Assembly: GCA_052035175.1 (NCBI GenBank)
Contig: JBPOHV010000001.1
Span: 366,773 to 430,772 of the forward strand
Length of the DNA: 64,000 bases
Direction: 5' to 3'
Origin: a candidate division WWE3 bacterium
Lineage (GTDB): Bacteria > Patescibacteriota > WWE3 > UBA101185 > UBA10185
Shown here piece after piece: positions 40,000 through 46,284 of the stretch. Position 1 is the stretch's first letter, and every line of letters begins with the position of its first letter. Both the position numbers and the translations under genes were made by a program. Below the pieces are notes generated by a model that had not been told where the DNA came from, did no database searches, and saw only the letters and a program-made list of their open reading frames with translations.

Positions 40000-40057
40000 G
40001 GTGGGCGAGATGCTCGTGAAGAAGATCGCATGATCAGATATCACGGCATCCGCCCAC
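40000..40057 (+). ncRNA. Bulged-U long hairpin, copy 3
   Basis: GTGGGCGAGATGC-T(40014)-CGTGA-AGAA-GATC-GCAT-GATC-AGATA-TCACG-GCATCCGCCCAC. Confidence 0.75.
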
Positions 40058-40153
40058 TAAACCAAGAAGAAAGTTTCTATCAGCCTTTGGATCTCTGAAA
40101 GCAAAGATTGGTAGAAGCCTTCTGCTAAGAAGGTAAACCACAAGGAGGCAGTA

Positions 40154-40603
40154 ATGTTTTTTGTAGCGATATTGCGTAAGTTTTGGTGGATCTTGCCTGT
40201 GGCAATGGTGATTATGTTAATCGCTATGGCTATGGGAGTAGGAGATCCCGCTCCGGTTTTACCAGAGACAGAAACACCCGCCAATGAAGTTAGTGCATTA
40301 TGTACTGATTTCTTCGGCTGGTCCGTTGTGGATAGTACTGACTTTGTCAGCGCTGAATATGTGAATGGCGACATTTACGTAGAGTGGACCAATAGTGGTC
40401 CGAATCCACGCATTATGGGGGTGAACTTTTATGGCTGGATCGTCAAAGATCCACAGCCTGGTGTACATCTGGAAATTCCTCAGGGTATTCTGCTCCTCAG
40501 TGACGATGGACAAATATTGTCCATCTTACCTACAGGGCAGGATCCAGTGGTGATTGAAATAGGCACAACCTGCCTGCAAAAGCCACTGCCTACCAGAGGA
40601 TAA
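40154..40603 (+). CDS. Small membrane-anchored extracellular hypothetical protein
   Basis: AAGGAGG at 40142-40148; N-terminal TM, Pro/Glu/Thr linker, beta-rich domain with two Cys. Confidence 0.75.
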   Translation: MFFVAILRKFWWILPVAMVIMLIAMAMGVGDPAPVLPETETPANEVSALCTDFFGWSVVDSTDFVSAEYVNGDIYVEWTNSGPNPRIMGVNFYGWIVKDPQPGVHLEIPQGILLLSDDGQILSILPTGQDPVVIEIGTTCLQKPLPTRG

Positions 40604-40606
40604 ATT

Positions 40607-40670
40607 GAGCGGTAGATCGCTGTAGATAGTCCAAATCAGGACGCAATCTCTACGCGATCTACCGCTTTTT
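40607..40670 (+). ncRNA. Bulged-U long hairpin, copy 4 (with U-tract)
   Basis: GAGCGGTAGATCGC-T(40621)-GTAGA…GTCC-AAATCA-GGAC…TCTAC-GCGATCTACCGCTTTTT. Confidence 0.75.
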
Positions 40671-40714
40671 CAGTTTTATACTAATGACTCATCAAATGAT
40701 ACTAGTTCTGCTTA

Positions 40715-40756
40715 ACTCAGTTTCACTCATGCCCTCATACCTCATAGTGCTAGTAT
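40715..40756 (+). promoter_or_regulatory. ACTCA-box promoter 3
   Basis: ACTCA-GTTTC-ACTCA (40715-40729), 21 nt, then extended -10 TG-C-TAGTAT. Confidence 0.7.
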
Positions 40757-40786
40757 GCCGCTATTAATCTGATTAAAGGAGATGCC

Positions 40787-40990
40787 ATGTTAGTACTAAC
40801 TAAGAATACCGAACTTACCTTGTTTGGTATAAAAATTACGTTTGTAAATAACAGTTTGGATTTTTCAGCTGCATCCGAACTGGATGTTTTGTATGTCCCA
40901 GATTCCAATCCAAGAATTGTAAATGTTTGTTATCGGAATCGATCAATTTTTGTTGTGCAGCTACACGACATGCTTATTATTTCATGGTAG
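40787..40990 (+). CDS. Small beta-rich protein ('ISW' family, copy 2; no signal peptide)
   Basis: AAGGAG SD. FSAAS and C-terminal VV…ISW are shared with the 38168 product. Confidence 0.65.
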   Translation: MLVLTKNTELTLFGIKITFVNNSLDFSAASELDVLYVPDSNPRIVNVCYRNRSIFVVQLHDMLIISW

Positions 40991-41048
40991 TTACCTTCAA
41001 TACCCAACAGTTTGGCATAAAGACCAAACTACAAATAAGGAGAATCTG

Positions 41049-41303
41049 ATGAAACGCTTTATGAAAAACCCGTTGATAACCTGGCTCGTACTTCTTGTTT
41101 TACTAACACCATTTTGGTGGTTAGCAAATGGAGGGGGCCGTGAGATAGATCTACCGCTAGCTCTGTCGGGGGTTAATGCATACATATTAATGTATGCATT
41201 GATTACTCGTGAAAAGGGTGACGCGCTCTTTTTGTCATTAGTCTATGCCGTTGCAGGACTTGTGATGCTAGGGTTTTCTTGTTATCTGATTATTATAGGG
41301 TAG
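41049..41303 (+). CDS. Small 3-TM membrane protein ('NP..T' family, copy 2)
   Basis: AAGGAG at 41037-41042 supports the ATG at 41049. NPLITWL matches NPVVTFL of the 38789 product. Confidence 0.75.
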   Translation: MKRFMKNPLITWLVLLVLLTPFWWLANGGGREIDLPLALSGVNAYILMYALITREKGDALFLSLVYAVAGLVMLGFSCYLIIIG

Positions 41304-41380
41304 AAAGAAAAAGGCGGTAGGTTTGCTGAGTACATTAATCAATGATTGATGCGCTCGCGATCTACCGCTTTTTCTTTTCT
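41302..41380 (+). ncRNA. Bulged-U long hairpin, copy 5 (probable bidirectional terminator)
   Basis: AAAAAGGCGGTAGGTTTGC-T(41327)-GAGTACATTAATC-AAT-GATTGATGCGCTC-GCGATCTACCGCTTTTT, between convergent genes. Confidence 0.75.
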
Positions 41381-42783
41381 TATTTATAGTAATCGTTTAA
41401 TTGACTATATGGCACTATCTTCATATCTGGGTTTTGTGTTAGCAAGTCTTTTTGTAACTGCAGATCTAACGTATCATCTCTGAATATCACAGCTTTTATA
41501 TCTTTACTAGAAACATGCATATTTCTTGGTTGTTTCGTATAACCTTTACTTGGATGCAACACGCCTTCTACGTATACACCATTGCCCTTCATTGCGCCTG
41601 CTTCAGGCGTTCCTGGTAAATATGTATAGCTCATGTGTTTTTCTATTTCAAATACTTCTCGGAATGCATGTACCATTCTTGCATCAACAAGTGAAAGCAT
41701 TTTGATTAAAGTTCCATCTGCAAATTCATGTCGTCCTATTGGTTCTCCTCGATCACCATATGTATATTCAACTCTTAAGGCTAGTGCTTCGTTGAAATGA
41801 ACAAAGATAGGTCTTTTTTTGCCCCATTCGTAGCGCTCGCCAGTTTTTTTTGAAATAAGTGCCCCGTACAATACAGAGTAAGGTTCGTTATTAACGGTTG
41901 CTTCTAATTGGGCTGGTGCGGTTGCATTCGAAAAAATAATAGTGTCGTATATTTCTAGTATCTGTTGTTCTAGTTCGTCTACTTGCATTGTGTCTATTAA
42001 TTCCGCTGCTTGAGAGTCCACTATCTCAATAGGTGAATCGCCAAGAGTGTGTTTTAATAATTCAATTGCTTCCCTCTGTTCGTTGGAATCAGCAATATTG
42101 TTGTATATTGTTTCTACCGCTTTTTCTATTTCGAGTTTTATTTTGTTTTGTATTTTTTCGCGTGTTAAAAACTTGCCAACTTTTTCAATAACTGCTATAG
42201 CCGCATTTTCACTTGTTTGCTTATTAATAGCAGTAGTTATGTTTTTTTCTGTAAATAGTGGTTCTTCTTGTATATTCTCAACTAGATGTATAAACTGAAT
42301 AACGGTTTGATTAGGCGCAGAAAAGTTTTCTAAGAAAAGTTCGTTTTTAGCCTCATCACAATCAACATCAGCGATGTTTACGCCTTTAACCTGTATTTGT
42401 ACACCACTCTCAGACTTAACCAGGCTATATTCATCTGGTAATCTTTTTTTTAATATTTCGATATCAGTATTTAATTTGGCAAATAGTATGGAGTGATCGC
42501 TTGCATTTGTTTTAAAAGAAATAGACATGAGTTCATTATCAGGAGTTTCCATTCTTATACTAGGTCCTGCTCCTAGTGTATCGATATATACTTTACACGC
42601 TTTAACCAAAGTGTCTGCGTGTGCAGTTTCATCTTCTATTACTTGTGTAAAATTCGCATACCTAGCAATTTTTTTGGTGTATGTTTCTAATAGTTCCAAC
42701 TTTAAATTTTCTTGGCTTGTTTGAACCTCATCAGCAGTGTTTTCAATATGAACTTCTTTTTCACTGGTTATATCATCAAGCAT
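41380..42783 (-). CDS. Hypothetical protein (acidic, cytoplasmic)
   Basis: 467-aa ORF with no confidently recognised domain. Confidence 0.7.
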   Translation of the reverse strand: MLDDITSEKEVHIENTADEVQTSQENLKLELLETYTKKIARYANFTQVIEDETAHADTLVKACKVYIDTLGAGPSIRMETPDNELMSISFKTNASDHSILFAKLNTDIEILKKRLPDEYSLVKSESGVQIQVKGVNIADVDCDEAKNELFLENFSAPNQTVIQFIHLVENIQEEPLFTEKNITTAINKQTSENAAIAVIEKVGKFLTREKIQNKIKLEIEKAVETIYNNIADSNEQREAIELLKHTLGDSPIEIVDSQAAELIDTMQVDELEQQILEIYDTIIFSNATAPAQLEATVNNEPYSVLYGALISKKTGERYEWGKKRPIFVHFNEALALRVEYTYGDRGEPIGRHEFADGTLIKMLSLVDARMVHAFREVFEIEKHMSYTYLPGTPEAGAMKGNGVYVEGVLHPSKGYTKQPRNMHVSSKDIKAVIFRDDTLDLQLQKDLLTQNPDMKIVPYSQLNDYYK

Positions 42784-42790
42784 GTAAGGT

Positions 42791-43060
42791 TTATGCTTCT
42801 CCTTGTACTAGTTTTCTCCAGTCAGTTTTTGATGGAGCAGCCGTTGGGGTTGCTTGTTTTTCATCTTTAGTGGGCTCTTCTGTTAAACCTTCAAGTTTTA
42901 TGTCAGCTGCTTCTGCTGTTTCGGCTTGGACTTCTGGTGTTCCTTGACGCATCATAGCTGCTATTCTGTTCATCGTTTTTGAGGTAATTATCGTTTCTGG
43001 TTGTTTTTCATTTGGTGTTTCATTTGTACCTGTAACTTCCGAAAGTCTTTCTAATGGCAT
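42791..43060 (-). CDS. Small low-complexity Glu/Thr/Pro-rich hypothetical protein
   Basis: GAAAGGA before the ATG at 43060; ACTCA-box promoter upstream. Confidence 0.65.
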   Translation of the reverse strand: MPLERLSEVTGTNETPNEKQPETIITSKTMNRIAAMMRQGTPEVQAETAEAADIKLEGLTEEPTKDEKQATPTAAPSKTDWRKLVQGEA

Positions 43061-43091
43061 ATATTTTCCTTTCAATTTAATATATGTAAAT

Positions 43092-43135
43092 ATGATATTC
43101 TATTTTGGTGACTTCTTCTATGAGTGAAACTGACT
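43092..43135 (-). promoter_or_regulatory. ACTCA-box promoter 4 (minus strand)
   Basis: AGTCA-GTTTC-ACTCA (reverse complement of 43121-43135), 23 nt, then TATCAT. Confidence 0.65.
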
Positions 43136-43143
43136 TCACAAAC

Positions 43144-43159
43144 CCGAACATATACCGTA
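43144..43159 (-). promoter_or_regulatory. Putative LexA box upstream of uvrA
   Basis: CCGAA (43144)-N6-CCGTA (43155), overlapping a TATACT -10. Confidence 0.6.
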
Positions 43160-43266
43160 TACTGTTTTGGTCACATTTATTGCGGCAGCATTCTTTTCGT
43201 CACTAAGTCCTCGCTTTGCTGCGGAATGGTTCCTCAATAATGTTGCCGCTAATAAATTTAACTAAT

Positions 43267-46200
43267 ATGAACAAACCAAACAATTCAGCCTTAACACATA
43301 TAATCGTCAAAGGTGCTCGCCAGCACAATTTGAAAAATATCGACCTAGAAATTCCAAAAAATAAAATGGTCATATTCACAGGAGTTTCTGGTAGTGGTAA
43401 GTCATCTATGGCAATGGATACTATTTATGCAGAAGGTCAAAGACGTTATGTAGAAAGTTTGAGTTCATACGCACGCCAATTCTTGGGAGTTATGGATAAG
43501 CCCGACGTCGATAGTATCGAAGGTTTATCCCCAGCAATTGCGATCGATCAAAAAACTACTTCAAAAAACCCTCGCTCTACAGTAGGCACTATTACAGAAG
43601 TTTATGATTTCATGCGTTTACTTTATGCAAGAGTGGGGCATCCGCATTGTCCAAATTGCGGACGCGAAGTCCAACGACAGTCGTCTGAAGAAATTGTAAA
43701 TCAAATATTTTCATTAGCTGAAAGTGATACAAATTTTAAATCTGAGCGTGGTTCGCGTTTTATTATTTATTCACCTATAGTTAGAGATCGAAAAGGTGAG
43801 TTTTCTTCGCTTTTTGATAATTTAAAAAAGCAAGGCGTAGTGCGTGCGCGCATTGATGGCAAAGTTTATGAACTCTCTGAGCAACTTACTTTAATTAAAA
43901 CAAATAAACATACTATAGACGCATTTTTATCAAGACATATTATAAGCAAAAAAAGACTGGCAGACGATGAAAAGAATATACGTTCTACTATCTTTCAAAG
44001 TATCGAAACTGCTTTACGCATGAGTAACGGCCTGGCGTTGGTTTCGTTTATCAAAGATAAAGACTTTGATTTTTCTGAAAATCCCAAAGAAGTCGAAGAT
44101 CACTTATTTTCAGAAAACTTTGCTTGTCCATTTTGCAATATATCTTTGCCAGATATAGAACCACGAAGTTTTTCTTTTAATTCTCCTCATGGTGCATGCG
44201 CCGAGTGCGATGGTTTGGGCACAAAGTTGGTTATAGATGAATCCACAGTTTTAAATAAATCTTTAACAATTAAAGAAGGCGCAATATTACCTTGGAATAA
44301 ATTGTTTGAGCACAATTCGTGGACGCAACTTGTTATTGACGCAGTCGCAAAAGAGCACAATATACCTTTGAATATCGAAGTTTCCAAAATGACAAAAGAA
44401 CATATGGATATTGTTTTGTATGGTACTGGTGATGTGAAGCATAAGATCAATTACACAAACAAAGAAGGTGACATGCACAATTTTAATGCTAGATATGAAG
44501 GAGTTATTCCAAATTTATTACGCAGACACAAAGAAACTCAATCTGACTATGTACGAAACGAAATTGAAAAGTATATGGTTTTGTATCCGTGCAGTGTGTG
44601 TAACGGTGACAGACTAAATAAGCATGCGCTTTCTGTAGTTATAGATTCACAAAATATTGCGCAGATCTCGAATTTATCAATAGAACACGCCGTCACTTGG
44701 TTTAATGAAATTACCACAAAGTTTAATTTACGCGAGCAAACTATAGCCGAGCCCATAATGAAAGAAATTAATTACCGTATGAAGTTTTTGCTAGACGTTG
44801 GTCTGGGATATTTAACTTTGAGTAGAGCTTCTAGCCATTTATCTGGTGGAGAAGCTCAACGCATACGGTTAGCTTCGCAAATTGGTTCTGGTTTATCTGG
44901 TGTTTTATATGTTTTAGACGAGCCATCTATTGGACTACATCAAAGAGATCAGGGCAAGCTGATCAAAACTTTGCACCATTTAAGAGATTTGGGAAATACT
45001 GTTTTGGTAGTAGAACACGATGAAGAAACAATGTTACAAAGTGATTATATTTTTGATTTTGGTCCAGGCGCGGGTGAACATGGTGGAAAAGTTATTGCCG
45101 AGGGTACGCCAGCACAACTGATGAAAGATGCAAATTCACTGACTGGAAAGTATTTATCAAGGCGCTTGGTCGTGGGTCAAACTGATGTAATATCAAAGAA
45201 AAAAAGTAAAAAGAAATTTGAATTTGATGATGGTTTTATAGACGCAGAAATTTCTGTAAAAGATGTAAAAGGAAGATCACTATCTATCATTGGGGCTTCA
45301 GGTCGTAACTTAAAAAATATTGATGTAGAGATTCCATTAGGAAAGCTCGTTTGTGTAACAGGTGTATCTGGAAGCGGTAAGTCTACATTGATTATGGATA
45401 CATTACATAGAGCTTTGCGCCAAAGATTTGCTTTAAAAAATGAAGAGCGACCAGAGCCATTTAGAGATATGACAGGGTTGGAACATATCGATAAAGTAAT
45501 CGCAATTGATCAAACGCCAATTGGTCGTACACCAAAATCTAATCCAGCAACTTATACAAAAGTATTTGATTTGATACGCGAGTTATTTGCACAAACTCAA
45601 GACTCTAAAATCCGTGGTTACAAAGCAGGACGATTTAGTTTTAATGTAAAAGGTGGTAGGTGTGAAGCTTGCAGTGGTGAAGGCCAAGTCAAAATTGAAA
45701 TGCAATTTATGCCAGATGTTTATATTAATTGCGAAGTATGTGAAGGCAAAAGATATAACAAAGAAGCTTTGGAAATACATTTTAGAGGCAAAAATATCGC
45801 AGATGTTTTGGATATGACTATTGAAGAGGCATTAGAGTTTTTTGCAAATCATGAAAATATTAGAAGAAAAATACAAGTGTTATACGATGTAGGTTTGAGT
45901 TATATAAGACTTGGTCAACCAGCTCCAACGTTATCTGGAGGAGAAGCTCAAAGAGTTAAGTTAGCTTTAGAGTTGGCAAAAAGATCTTTTGGTTCGACTT
46001 TGTACATTTTGGATGAACCTACTACCGGTCTACATTTTGCTGATCTCGAAAATTTGATAACTATTATGAAAATATTGACTCGTCGCGGTAATACTGTGTT
46101 AGTTATAGAACATAATTTGGATATAATCGCCAATAGCGATTGGATTATCGATCTCGGTCCCGAAGGCGGAGATAAAGGTGGTGAACTAGTTTTTTCAGGT

Positions 46201-46284
46201 GACTTAAAAGCATTGCTAAGTTGTAAATACTCACATACAGCAACAGCCCTACGAGAAATACAACAAAAACCTTTGACGCAATAA
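43267..46284 (+). CDS. uvrA: Excinuclease ABC subunit A
   Basis: GARQHNLKN, two GVSGSGKS, zinc-finger Cys pairs, two LSGGEAQR. Confidence 0.98.
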   Translation: MNKPNNSALTHIIVKGARQHNLKNIDLEIPKNKMVIFTGVSGSGKSSMAMDTIYAEGQRRYVESLSSYARQFLGVMDKPDVDSIEGLSPAIAIDQKTTSKNPRSTVGTITEVYDFMRLLYARVGHPHCPNCGREVQRQSSEEIVNQIFSLAESDTNFKSERGSRFIIYSPIVRDRKGEFSSLFDNLKKQGVVRARIDGKVYELSEQLTLIKTNKHTIDAFLSRHIISKKRLADDEKNIRSTIFQSIETALRMSNGLALVSFIKDKDFDFSENPKEVEDHLFSENFACPFCNISLPDIEPRSFSFNSPHGACAECDGLGTKLVIDESTVLNKSLTIKEGAILPWNKLFEHNSWTQLVIDAVAKEHNIPLNIEVSKMTKEHMDIVLYGTGDVKHKINYTNKEGDMHNFNARYEGVIPNLLRRHKETQSDYVRNEIEKYMVLYPCSVCNGDRLNKHALSVVIDSQNIAQISNLSIEHAVTWFNEITTKFNLREQTIAEPIMKEINYRMKFLLDVGLGYLTLSRASSHLSGGEAQRIRLASQIGSGLSGVLYVLDEPSIGLHQRDQGKLIKTLHHLRDLGNTVLVVEHDEETMLQSDYIFDFGPGAGEHGGKVIAEGTPAQLMKDANSLTGKYLSRRLVVGQTDVISKKKSKKKFEFDDGFIDAEISVKDVKGRSLSIIGASGRNLKNIDVEIPLGKLVCVTGVSGSGKSTLIMDTLHRALRQRFALKNEERPEPFRDMTGLEHIDKVIAIDQTPIGRTPKSNPATYTKVFDLIRELFAQTQDSKIRGYKAGRFSFNVKGGRCEACSGEGQVKIEMQFMPDVYINCEVCEGKRYNKEALEIHFRGKNIADVLDMTIEEALEFFANHENIRRKIQVLYDVGLSYIRLGQPAPTLSGGEAQRVKLALELAKRSFGSTLYILDEPTTGLHFADLENLITIMKILTRRGNTVLVIEHNLDIIANSDWIIDLGPEGGDKGGELVFSGDLKALLSCKYSHTATALREIQQKPLTQ

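Noticed and set aside
40923-41048. N-terminal extension of the 40923-41303 ORF
   Set aside because: It overlaps the 40787 gene. The SD at 41037 supports the ATG at 41049. The same logic applies to the track starts at 38735, 39247 and 32630.
38469-41380. Hairpins as integron attC sites (CALIN array)
   Set aside because: There are no RYYYAAC/GTTRRRY core boxes at the stem ends, wobble pairs favour the top strand rather than the bottom, cassettes have their own promoters, and no integrase is in the window. IntegronFinder would settle it.
38000-41400. CRISPR array or prophage
   Set aside because: The repeats are divergent and separated by whole genes. No cas, capsid, terminase or integrase genes are present.
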